A stretch of 34,879 nucleotides of DNA from the NCBI GenBank assembly GCA_027314825.1, contig DAHVAB010000001.1:1-34879 (forward strand), given 5' to 3'. Each line of letters begins with the position of its first letter. Position 1 is the first letter of the stretch. A program made the translations under genes and the position numbers. This document shows positions 15,546 through 24,349 of this stretch, piece after piece. Below the pieces are notes generated by a model. That model searched no databases. It had not been told where the DNA came from and was given only the letters and a program-made list of their open reading frames with translations. Source of the stretch: Solirubrobacterales bacterium (GTDB lineage Bacteria; Actinomycetota; Thermoleophilia; Solirubrobacterales; Solirubrobacteraceae).

Positions 15546-18500
15546 ATGGAGGGGAGATTCAGAGCCGGGGGCGTGCTGTCTGCGGCGCTCGTTGCCGCGG
15601 CAGCCAGCGCGCTCGTCACGGGCGGCGCCGGTGCGGATGCGGCCGGCTCCTCGCTGCCGACGCTCGGGTCGTTCGGCGCCTTCGGCGGCGGCGCGGGCGA
15701 GCTGCACGTTCCGCGCGGTGTGGCCGTCGACGGCTCCGCGAGGAGCTCGAAAAGCGACGTGTACGTCGCAGACCAGGACAACGAGCGGATCGACAGGTTC
15801 GGCCCGACCGGCGCGTTCCAGCTTGCGTTCGGCGTCGGGGTCAACGCGACTAAGGTTCGGGAAGCAGGCGAGGGCAAGTCGGTCTCCGAAGCCGAAGAGA
15901 ACCTCTGCGCCGCCAGCTCCGGCGATACGTGCCAGAAGGCCGAAGCCGGATCTGGTGCCGGCCAGCTCCACGGTCCGATGAGCGTCGCCGTCGATCCTGT
16001 GACTGGCGAGATCTACGTCGAGGACTTCCTCAACCACCGGATCGACGAGTACTCGCCCGAAGGCCGCTTCCTGCTGACCTTCGGCGGCAAGGTGAACGCC
16101 GCGAAGGTCAGGGAAGCCGAAGCGGGCAAGCCGATCACCGCGGCCGAAGAGGATCTGTGCGTGGCGGGGGAATCCTGCCGGTCCGGCACAGTCGCAGCGA
16201 CCGGCGAAGCGGGAGACGGCGCATTCCACAAGTGGGCGATAGGGCCGATTCTCGCCGCCGGTCCCGGCGGCACCATCTACGTCGGCGACGAAGACGCGAT
16301 CGAGGAGTTCGACTCCTCCGGCGCCTTCACCGGCGAGATCCCTCTGCCCGGCGCGGGCAGCGTCTCGGCGCTCGCCGTTGACGCGCACGGGAACGTCTAC
16401 CTGAAGAGCACGGCTGACGCCGGCGTGCGCGAGCTTGAACCGTCCGCCGGCGCCGTCCGGGAATCGAGCACGGTGTTCGATCAGGGCAGCGGCACCGTGG
16501 CGGGGATAGCAGTCGGCGGCGGCCACGTCTACGTGCTCGACAGCGCCGGCGGCGACCGCGTCCTGCAGTACGGCCCCTCCGGGGCGCTGATCGCCGAATC
16601 CGCTCCAGGGCAGATCGAAGCCTCCGATGGGCTCGCCGTCAGCGCCGCCGGGACCGCCTACGTCAGCGATTACCAGCCCGGCGGGTCGCTGGCCCAGGTC
16701 CGTCTGTTCGGCGACGCCCCCACCGAAGGAGTGCCGGTGGCGAGCATCGAATCTGAGCATCCCGCCCGCGTGGGCGTCACGACCGCGATGCTCGCCGCGA
16801 AAATCGACCCTCAGCTCCAGCAGGCCTCCTACTACGTCCAGTACGGCACGAGCACCGCCTACGGGGCCGGCGCGGTCCCAGCCCCCCCGGGGGCATCCTT
16901 GCAGGCGCGAAACCTCGAAGCCGACCCGGCCGCCGTCTCGCTGGAAGGCCTCACGCCGGGCACGCTCTACCACTACCGCTTCGTCGCGATCAGCGCCGCG
17001 GGCACCGCCTACGGGCCGGACCGGACGTTCACCACCTACCGGGCGGCCGCCTTCGCGCTGCCGGACGGCCGCGCCTTCGAGCTGGTCTCCCCGCCTGCCA
17101 AGAACGGCGCCGAAGTCGCCGTGCCCTCGGCCGCCGGCGGGCTCGCGAACCTGACCGTGCAGCCGCTGCAGGCGGCAGCCAGCGGCGATGCGATCACATA
17201 TGGGTCGTTCACGGCCTTCGGAGAAGCTCTCAGCGCGCCGGCGACGAGCCAGTACCTCTCCACGCGCACGCCCGCCGGCTGGACCACGCAGGACATCTCG
17301 CCGCCCGACCGGGAAGGCTACCTGCGCGATCCGCTGCGCGGCTTCTCCGAAGACCTCACGACCGCGGTGCTGGCCCAGGGCTCGCCGCCGCTGGCGCCGG
17401 CCGTCCCGGCCGGATATGAAACCCTCTATCTGCGCAGCGACGCGACGGGACGGTTGCAGCCGCTGAGCGCATCCGCCCCGCGCATCGCGGAAGGCGGGCG
17501 CTACTGCGTCGCCTACGCCGGCGCGTCGGCCGGCTTCGCGCATGTGATGTTCTCCGCGTCCGGTGCGCTCACCGCAGGAGCTCCGGAAGGCGAAGGCAAC
17601 AGCCTCTACGAATCCGACCAAGGCAGGCTGCGGCTCCTCAGCGTGCTGCCCGGCGGAGAACCCGCTCCGCCCAGTGCGACCACCGGATTTGGAGCGGGCG
17701 GCAGCCCCGACTGCCGGATGGGCGGCGAGATCGTCGCCGGTGCGGTCTCCAAGGACGGCTCACGCGTCATCTGGACATACCGCCCGCATAGCGGCTCCTC
17801 CGAGCTGCTGGCCCGCGTGAACGGCGTCAAGACGGTGCAGATCGACGCTCCGCAGGGCGGCTCGGCGGCGGGCGGGGAAGGCAGGTACTGGGCCGCCAGC
17901 CGCGACGGCGCGAGGGTGATCTTCACCGACATCGCCGGCTCGGAAGGCGGGCTCACCCCCGACGCTCCGCCCGAAAGCGGCGTCAACCTCTACGAATACG
18001 ACCTGCAAGCCGAACGTCTCACAGACCTCACACCGGTCCAGCCCGGCTCCAAGGCGGCGGTCCTCGGCGTCCTCGGCGCGAGCGAAGACGGCTCCTCCAT
18101 CTACTTCGCGGCGCAGGGTGCTCTGGCCGAAGGAGCCGCCGCAGGGGCGGACAACCTCTACCTCTCCCACGAAGACCCGGCGACTCACAGCACCACCACC
18201 ACGTTCATCGCGAAGCTCAACCCGGCCGACGCTGCCGACTGGAGCGCGCAGCCCCGCTACCAGACCGCCCGCGTGATCCCGGACGGCCGCGATCTCGCCT
18301 TCATGTCCACCGCCGAGCTGACCGGCTACGACAACCGCGACCAGCAGACCGGCGAACCGGTCAGCGAGGTCTACCTCTATGAAGCCGGCTCGGGTCGGAT
18401 CGTCTGCGCCTCCTGCAACCCTTCCGGAGCCGCGCCGCTCGGACCCTCCAGCGTGCCCTCATGGAGCACGCCCTACGAGCAGCCGCGCTACCTCTCAGAC

Positions 18501-21500
18501 AGCGGCGGCCGCCTCTTCTTCACCAGCTATGACGCGCTCGCGCCGCAGGAGCAGGGGGGCTCCCAGCAGGTGTATGAGTGGGAGCGCTCCGGGCTCGGCA
18601 GCTGCGCTGCCTCCAACCCGTATTTCAGCGCCGCCGCGGACGGCTGCATCTTCGCGATCACACCCGGCGGGGAAGGCAACTCCTACCTGCTCGACGCCTC
18701 CTCCGAAGGCGAAGACGTGTTCGTCTCAACCCGCGAGAGCCTCCTGGCGCAAGATCTCAACGAACGCTACGACGTCTACGACGCCCGGATCGGCGGCGGC
18801 TTCGTCGCGCCCGCCCCGGCTCCCGCTCCGTGCGCGGGCGAAGCGTGCCGGCCCGAACCGGTCGGGGCATCCGCGATCTCAGCACCGGCAAGCGAGACCT
18901 ACCACGGTCCGGGAAACCGCCGCCAGGCGCAAGCCTCACACCACCACCAGGAGGCGCACCGCCGCCGCAGGCACCGCCACGGCCGCGATCGCAGCGCTCG
19001 CGCCTGCCAGCACCGCCACGACCCTCGCCACGGGCGCTGCCGCCACCACAGAGGCAGGGCCGGCCCTGCTCACCACAATGGCCATCGCAACCACGGCGCT
19101 CGCCGCCGGATGCGCGCACATGCCGCAAGCGCCCCGCGGGGCGGGGCCTCCCCACCTCCGGCGCCGGCCACGGGAGGAGCCGCCTCGCGCGTCAGGCCGC
19201 CCAGCCTGACCTCCGCCACAGCGCGACCCGCGCAGACGGCCGCCCCTGCGGCCGTCCCCATCTCCTCCACCTCTGATCCCGTACCGCCTCCGGGCGCGGG
19301 CATCTCCTCCTTTCAGATCGCTGCGGCCGGCCCGGAAGGCGAAGCGATAGCCCAGGCCGGCGCGCACCCCTACCGGCTCACCTTCGGCTTCGCGCTCCAG
19401 ACCACCACCGGCGCCGAAGGCCACCTTGTACCTGCCGGCGGCGACGTGAAGGACCTGCGCGTGAGCCTGCCACCGGGACTCGTTGGCGATCCGCTGGCAA
19501 CGCCGCGATGCGCCCCGGCGCAGTTCAACACGCCGGGGGAAGGCAGCACGGTCGCCCACCCGCTCAACTCCTGTCCCGCCGGCTCGGCCGTCGGCTACAT
19601 CGACGCGCAGGTGGAAGGCCACATCCACTACGTGGAGCCGGTCTACGACCTGCGCCCGCCGCCGGGCATGCCGGCACAGCTCGGCTTCCAGATCCTGAGC
19701 GCGCCCTTCTACGTCGACACGGCGGTGCACACCGCCACCGGGCGGATCGAAGCCTTCATGCCGGATGTCACCGAGGTGGAGCGGATCATCGCCGCCACGC
19801 TCACGCTCTGGGGCGTGCCGGCGCAGGCCTCCCACGACCCGCTGCGCGGACGCTGCCTCGGCGGTGGCAGCGAAGGCCCGGTCTCGCTCGGGTCCTGCCC
19901 GGCCGGGGTGACGCCGGAGCCGTTCCTGACGCTGCCCGTCTCCTGCGCGGCGCCCGCGCCGGCGCAGATGAGCTTCGACACCTGGACGGTGCCGGGAGCG
20001 TGGCTGGCCGCGATCGCCGGGATTCCCACCCCCACCGGCTGCTCGGCGCTCGCCTTCGACCCGACGATCTCGGTGCAGCCCGAAACCGGCATGGCCGGCG
20101 ATCCGACCGGACTGCAGGTGAGCCTCACCCTCCCGCAGAGCGAAGACCCGTCAGCGCCGGGCGAAGCCGACCTGCGCGACGCGGTCATCCGCCTGCCGGC
20201 CGGACTGGTCATAAACCCCTCCACCGCCAACGGGCTCGCGGCATGCAGCGAGCAGCAGATCGGCTTCGAAGGGCTCGCCCCGGACGGCCGGCCCCGGTTC
20301 TCCGAGGCGCCCGCTGACTGTCCGGACGCCTCGAAGATCGGCAGTGTCACCGTTCACACGCCGCCATTGGAAGGCCCGCTGCACGGCGCCCTGTACGTCG
20401 CCCAGCAGGGGGCAAACCCGTTCGGAGCGCTGCTCGCCGTCTACCTTGTGGCCGAAGGCGACGGCGTGATCGTCAAGCTGGCCGGCCGGGTGCAGGCCGA
20501 ACCGCAGACGGGCCGGCTGACCGTCACCTTCGATCACACCCCGCAGCTGCCGTTCGCCAGCCTGAAGGTGGCCCTCTCCGGCGGGCCGCGTGCCACGCTC
20601 ACGGCTCCCGCCGGCTGCGGCGAATATCAGAGCACCGCCACGCTGACCCCCTGGTCGGCGCCCCGCTCCGGCCCGCCCGCGACCCGGGCGAGCACCTTCA
20701 CAATCGCCAAGGGCTGCAGCAGCGGCTTCGCGCCCAGTTTGACTGCCGGCACGACCGCCAACCACGCGGGCGCGTTCAGCCCGTTCATCGCCAGCATCTC
20801 CCGCCACGGCACCGAACGCAGCCTCGGCAGGATCTCGCTGCGCCTGCCGCGCGGCCTGATCGCCGATATCGCAAGCGTGACCCCGTGCCCGCAGGCGCGG
20901 GCGCGAAGCGGAGCCTGCCCGCCCTCCAGCGAGATCGGGACGGTGAGCGTCACCGCGGGCGCCGGCGCCGACCCGGTGGTCCTGCCGCAGCTGGGCGGCC
21001 CCGCCAACCCCGTCTACCTGACCGGCCCGTACGCGGGCGCGCCGTTCGGTCTGGCGGTCGTGATCCATGCGCAGGCCGGCCCCTACGACCTCGGCACCGT
21101 CGTCGTGCGTGCGCGCGTCGAGATCAATCCTCACACGGCGCAGGTCTCGATCCTCTCGGAACCGCTGCCGCAGATCCTCCAGGGAATCCCGCTGCAGGTG
21201 CAGACGGTGAGCTTCACGATCGCAAGAGGACACTTCGTGAAGAACCCGACCAGCTGCCGGCGGATGCAGATCCTGAGCACGATCTCCTCGCCGCACGGCG
21301 AGATCGCCGCCGCCCCGGCCCGCTTCCAGGCCGCCGCCTGCGGGGGAATCCGGTTCCACCCGCGGATCACGGCGCTCACGCACTCCCACCACACGCGCAG
21401 GTACGGCGAGTACCTGCACCTCGTGCTCAGAGCCGGCAGAGCTCAGGCGAGCCTCAAGCGCGTTCACGTTCTGCTGCCCAAGCAGCTCTCGGTCCGCGCC

Positions 21501-21989
21501 TCGACCCTCAAAGGAGCATGCCCGGCCAAGCAGTTCGCAGCCGATCCGGCCGGCTGCCCGGCCAGCGCGATCGTCGGCAGCGCGACCGTGCGCACGCCCG
21601 TGCTGCCGGTGGCGATGCACGGGCCGGCGATCCTCGTCACAGACGGCGGCGCCCGCTTCCCGCGACTGGCGCTCCTCCTGCAGGGCGACGGCGTCACGAT
21701 CCTGACGCAGGGCAGCAGCCGCATCGGCAGGTCCGGCCGCCTCTCCTCGACGTTCGCCGCGCTGCCGGACGTGCCGATCGGCCGCTTCGACCTGGTTCTC
21801 CCTGCCGGCGCTCACTCGCTGCTCGGGGCCTCCGGGCGGCTGTGCTCTCATCGCCGCGGACTGACGCTGGACGCCGCGATAACAGGCCAGAACGGGGCCG
21901 ACCTGCACCGCCGAGTGCCGATCATGCTGACCGGCTGCCACGGGGGGATTCACCGTTTCAGACAAGAAGCTGTGACCAGGGGGCGCTGA
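15546..21989 (+). CDS. Giant secreted protein, ~2147 aa: NHL propeller + FnIII-like + PD40-like propeller + His/Arg-rich linker + four copies of the unknown Cys domain
   Basis: Signal peptide from ATG 15546. NHL blades (PRGVAVD..VYVADQDNERIDRF). LPDGRAFELVSPP..YDARIGGGF matches the 6274 product. The last ~870 aa align with the C-terminal part of the 8694 product (e.g. GEYLH.V....A.L.RVHV.LPKQL). Confidence 0.9.
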   Translation: MEGRFRAGGVLSAALVAAAASALVTGGAGADAAGSSLPTLGSFGAFGGGAGELHVPRGVAVDGSARSSKSDVYVADQDNERIDRFGPTGAFQLAFGVGVNATKVREAGEGKSVSEAEENLCAASSGDTCQKAEAGSGAGQLHGPMSVAVDPVTGEIYVEDFLNHRIDEYSPEGRFLLTFGGKVNAAKVREAEAGKPITAAEEDLCVAGESCRSGTVAATGEAGDGAFHKWAIGPILAAGPGGTIYVGDEDAIEEFDSSGAFTGEIPLPGAGSVSALAVDAHGNVYLKSTADAGVRELEPSAGAVRESSTVFDQGSGTVAGIAVGGGHVYVLDSAGGDRVLQYGPSGALIAESAPGQIEASDGLAVSAAGTAYVSDYQPGGSLAQVRLFGDAPTEGVPVASIESEHPARVGVTTAMLAAKIDPQLQQASYYVQYGTSTAYGAGAVPAPPGASLQARNLEADPAAVSLEGLTPGTLYHYRFVAISAAGTAYGPDRTFTTYRAAAFALPDGRAFELVSPPAKNGAEVAVPSAAGGLANLTVQPLQAAASGDAITYGSFTAFGEALSAPATSQYLSTRTPAGWTTQDISPPDREGYLRDPLRGFSEDLTTAVLAQGSPPLAPAVPAGYETLYLRSDATGRLQPLSASAPRIAEGGRYCVAYAGASAGFAHVMFSASGALTAGAPEGEGNSLYESDQGRLRLLSVLPGGEPAPPSATTGFGAGGSPDCRMGGEIVAGAVSKDGSRVIWTYRPHSGSSELLARVNGVKTVQIDAPQGGSAAGGEGRYWAASRDGARVIFTDIAGSEGGLTPDAPPESGVNLYEYDLQAERLTDLTPVQPGSKAAVLGVLGASEDGSSIYFAAQGALAEGAAAGADNLYLSHEDPATHSTTTTFIAKLNPADAADWSAQPRYQTARVIPDGRDLAFMSTAELTGYDNRDQQTGEPVSEVYLYEAGSGRIVCASCNPSGAAPLGPSSVPSWSTPYEQPRYLSDSGGRLFFTSYDALAPQEQGGSQQVYEWERSGLGSCAASNPYFSAAADGCIFAITPGGEGNSYLLDASSEGEDVFVSTRESLLAQDLNERYDVYDARIGGGFVAPAPAPAPCAGEACRPEPVGASAISAPASETYHGPGNRRQAQASHHHQEAHRRRRHRHGRDRSARACQHRHDPRHGRCRHHRGRAGPAHHNGHRNHGARRRMRAHAASAPRGGASPPPAPATGGAASRVRPPSLTSATARPAQTAAPAAVPISSTSDPVPPPGAGISSFQIAAAGPEGEAIAQAGAHPYRLTFGFALQTTTGAEGHLVPAGGDVKDLRVSLPPGLVGDPLATPRCAPAQFNTPGEGSTVAHPLNSCPAGSAVGYIDAQVEGHIHYVEPVYDLRPPPGMPAQLGFQILSAPFYVDTAVHTATGRIEAFMPDVTEVERIIAATLTLWGVPAQASHDPLRGRCLGGGSEGPVSLGSCPAGVTPEPFLTLPVSCAAPAPAQMSFDTWTVPGAWLAAIAGIPTPTGCSALAFDPTISVQPETGMAGDPTGLQVSLTLPQSEDPSAPGEADLRDAVIRLPAGLVINPSTANGLAACSEQQIGFEGLAPDGRPRFSEAPADCPDASKIGSVTVHTPPLEGPLHGALYVAQQGANPFGALLAVYLVAEGDGVIVKLAGRVQAEPQTGRLTVTFDHTPQLPFASLKVALSGGPRATLTAPAGCGEYQSTATLTPWSAPRSGPPATRASTFTIAKGCSSGFAPSLTAGTTANHAGAFSPFIASISRHGTERSLGRISLRLPRGLIADIASVTPCPQARARSGACPPSSEIGTVSVTAGAGADPVVLPQLGGPANPVYLTGPYAGAPFGLAVVIHAQAGPYDLGTVVVRARVEINPHTAQVSILSEPLPQILQGIPLQVQTVSFTIARGHFVKNPTSCRRMQILSTISSPHGEIAAAPARFQAAACGGIRFHPRITALTHSHHTRRYGEYLHLVLRAGRAQASLKRVHVLLPKQLSVRASTLKGACPAKQFAADPAGCPASAIVGSATVRTPVLPVAMHGPAILVTDGGARFPRLALLLQGDGVTILTQGSSRIGRSGRLSSTFAALPDVPIGRFDLVLPAGAHSLLGASGRLCSHRRGLTLDAAITGQNGADLHRRVPIMLTGCHGGIHRFRQEAVTRGR

Positions 21990-22012
21990 TCCCGCCCCCA
22001 GCGCATTCCCCG

Positions 22013-22267
22013 CTATCGCTCATCTGCCTGCTTGGCCAGTGGCTTCAGCGCCCTTACGAGCTCGGCAGGCTCGACGTCGAGCCGCTGTGCGACCTTCAAC
22101 AGGTCGTGCAGGCTGAGATTGCGCCGGCCCCGCTCTATCTGGCCAAGAAACGTCCGGTGCACGCCGCGGTGCTTGGCGGGCGCCTCCTGCCTGAGGCCAA
22201 GCTCTTTGCGGCGCGGGCAGACGCGTTCGCCGAGCTCACGCGTGGCGTCGGGGAGCGGGCCTGCCAT
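22013..22267 (-). CDS. XRE-family HTH regulator, 84 aa, possibly degenerate
   Basis: LGERV..RRKELGLRQEA..GVHRTFLGQIERGRRNLSLHDLLKVAQRLDV. ATG at 22267. Prolines occur inside predicted helices. Confidence 0.8.
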   Translation of the reverse strand: MAGPLPDATRELGERVCPRRKELGLRQEAPAKHRGVHRTFLGQIERGRRNLSLHDLLKVAQRLDVEPAELVRALKPLAKQADER

Positions 22268-22363
22268 CGAGTGAGTCACACACGTCTCAGGACTATGTGT
22301 CGAGAGCGGTGACATCTCATGCGCATGGGTCGCAACCGGTTACCTCCTGGCATGCTAGGCGAT

Positions 22364-22399
22364 TGAACGCCATTCACTATTGGGTCTGAATGTGCTTCA
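22364..22399. promoter_or_regulatory. Tandem TGAA-N5-TTCA palindromes
   Basis: TGAA-CGCCA-TTCA (22364-22376) and TGAA-TGTGC-TTCA (22387-22399), 23 bp apart, upstream of the 22451/22882 genes. Confidence 0.7.
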
Positions 22400-22450
22400 A
22401 TACGTTCCCGTTCGCCGCACACATCGTTTCGGCTACCCGGGGAGGCAGGG

Positions 22451-22885
22451 ATGGGGATCCAACCGCTTGATCGCAGGCGCAGGACGCCGGTGGGCGAGGG
22501 CTGGCGCGATGGCACGGTGACCGCGCGCGCGGTCTCGCCCGCTGGTGCCGTCCGCGCGCGCCTGCGACCCGGTCCTCACGCCCGCGAGCGAGACCACCTG
22601 CAGCGGCTCGTCCACCAGCGCTCACGCCTCTGCGAGGCGATGGTGCAGCAGGTCGCAGAGCATGGGTACGCGGGTACGACAGTCCAGGAGCTGACGAGAC
22701 TCGCTGGCGTTCCCAAGCGGTCTCTCTACGAGCAGTTCACCGGCGAGGAGGACTGCATGGTCGCCGGCTCGACTCGTGAGCTCGCGCAGCTCGCCGAGTC
22801 GCTCGCGTTCCTGGTGCTCGCGCCCACGGTCGGCTCGGAGCGGACGCTGGCGCCTGCAGACCACGGATTGGCAGGGGGACGATGA
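22451..22885 (+). pseudogene. Internally deleted TetR-family gene (HTH joined directly to a C-terminal helix)
   Basis: RLRPGP..QRSRLCEAMVQQVAEHGYAGTTVQELTRLAGVPKRSLYEQF..EDC aligns with the N-terminus of the 3229 product. It then jumps to ELAQLAESLAFLVLAP and stops, so the ligand-binding domain is missing. Confidence 0.65.
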
Positions 22886-23853
22886 GCGCGTCGGCCGGCA
22901 TCGCGCGCCGTATGGCCTGGCAGGCCGACGGAGCTCTCGCGCAACTGGCCGTCGCGCGCCGGGCGCAGATCCTATGCGCTCTCGAGGAGGAGGCGCTGTC
23001 CACCGCCGAGCTCGCGCAATTGGTCGGGATATCCGATCGCAGGGCCCGCGTCCACGCGCGCGAGCTGGAGAAGCTGCGGGTGTTGGAGCGCGTGCACCTT
23101 GCCGGCCGCCACCACCGCGTCGGATGGCGCTTGAACGCCGCCGGCCATGGGCTGCTCGCTCTCTACCGGCTGGTCGGAGGGTGCGAACGGCGACTCGGTC
23201 TGACGCCCGTCGAGGATACCCAGCCTCGGTTGCTCGCACCGCTGCGCTTCCTGACCGCCCGGATGATCATCTGGGCGCTCACCGGCGGGCCGCTCACCCT
23301 GGCGAGCCTGGAACGCCAGCTGCCCGAAGTCCCACACACCACGCTTCAGCATGCCGTGGAGCGGCTCGGCGAGGTCGGGGTTCTGGACACCGAGGAGAAC
23401 GGTGCCGGCAAGCTGTTCGGCCTGGCCGACGGCGCACGCGGACCGATTGCGCTGGTCGCAACCGCTGGCGTCGGCTGGAGGCTGCGGTTCGCGCCGGACC
23501 GTCCGCCGTTCGTGGCCGGCAACCTGGCAGGACTGATCAGCCTGCTCGCCCCCGCCCTGCGTGTACGCTCCTGCGTGCAGGGAGTGTGCCTCATGCAGAG
23601 CACGTCCGATCCGGGCCGGCCGGCGGCCGGCGGCACGCCGCGCTGGCCCGCCGCGCACGTCTCGGTTCTGCGCGGCCGCCTCTCTGCACTGCCACACGGC
23701 GCGGCGGAGCCACCCCATGCGCAGATGCGCGCCGGCGACCTGCGCTGGTGCGAGGCGCTCGTCGGCGGAGACCACTCCCTGGTCGAGATCGACGGCGATC
23801 ACGAGCTGGCCGGCGCCGTGCTCGCCGCGATCGCCGCCGCCCTGCACGGCTGA
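22882..23853 (+). CDS. Tandem winged-HTH (ArsR/HxlR-like) regulator with a possible SCP2-like C-terminal domain, 323 aa
   Basis: ATGA overlap with the upstream ORF. Two wHTH units: RRAQILCALEEEALSTAELAQLVGISDRRARVHARELEKLRVL..WRLNAAG and MIIWALTGGPLTLASLERQLPEVPHTTLQHAVERLGEVGVL..FGLADGA. C-terminal VEIDGDHELA. Confidence 0.8.
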   Translation: MSASAGIARRMAWQADGALAQLAVARRAQILCALEEEALSTAELAQLVGISDRRARVHARELEKLRVLERVHLAGRHHRVGWRLNAAGHGLLALYRLVGGCERRLGLTPVEDTQPRLLAPLRFLTARMIIWALTGGPLTLASLERQLPEVPHTTLQHAVERLGEVGVLDTEENGAGKLFGLADGARGPIALVATAGVGWRLRFAPDRPPFVAGNLAGLISLLAPALRVRSCVQGVCLMQSTSDPGRPAAGGTPRWPAAHVSVLRGRLSALPHGAAEPPHAQMRAGDLRWCEALVGGDHSLVEIDGDHELAGAVLAAIAAALHG

Positions 23854-23920
23854 GCATGTGCCAACCCTGCCAGTCGCGCGGTCGCGGCCGGCGGAGAGGA
23901 GCTCTGCATGCTCCTCGGCA

Positions 23921-24349
23921 TCACCGGCCTGGATCCCCTGCGCGGATTGCCTGGGCTTCCAGGTTCAGCAGCGCCTCGCAGCTGTCGTGCAGGCGGATCA
24001 TCGCGCGGGCCGCCTCCTCCGCATCGCCGTAGGCCTGGGAGTCCCTCTCGCTCTCCCGTGCGCTTCGCACCGCGCCGCGCAGGCAGGACATGAGCAGCGC
24101 GAGCTCTTCCTCGCCTGTGATGTTGAGCGTCTCGCATGAGCTGTCCATACCCCAGTCGATGCGCTCGAGCAGGCCGCCGACCTGGCAGGTGCGTCGATAG
24201 GCGTTTGCGGCCCGCTCGGGATGCTGCTCACGATCGGGGCGAGTCAGGGCGTCCTGGAGCTGCTCGGCTCGCTGGCCGAGCGGCTCCAACAGGGCCTCCG
24301 TCAGAACGGCCCGGGTGCGCGCGTCGATCGTGATCGTGGTCTTGGACAT
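23921..24349 (-). CDS. Hypothetical helical protein, 142 aa; paralog of 1630-2073
   Basis: ATG at 24349 with a G-rich RBS; colinear similarity to the 1630-2073 product. Confidence 0.8.
   Translation of the reverse strand: MSKTTITIDARTRAVLTEALLEPLGQRAEQLQDALTRPDREQHPERAANAYRRTCQVGGLLERIDWGMDSSCETLNITGEEELALLMSCLRGAVRSARESERDSQAYGDAEEAARAMIRLHDSCEALLNLEAQAIRAGDPGR

Noticed and set aside
9645-21965. Long antisense ORFs (e.g. 9645-11243, 11499-13625, 15369-17621, 20151-21965)
   Set aside because: These are shadows of GC-biased sense genes, with Arg/Gly-rich translations and no motifs.
1630-24349. Prophage, ICE or transposon
   Set aside because: XRE genes are present, but no integrase, transposase, relaxase, phage structural gene, tRNA target or terminal repeat was found.
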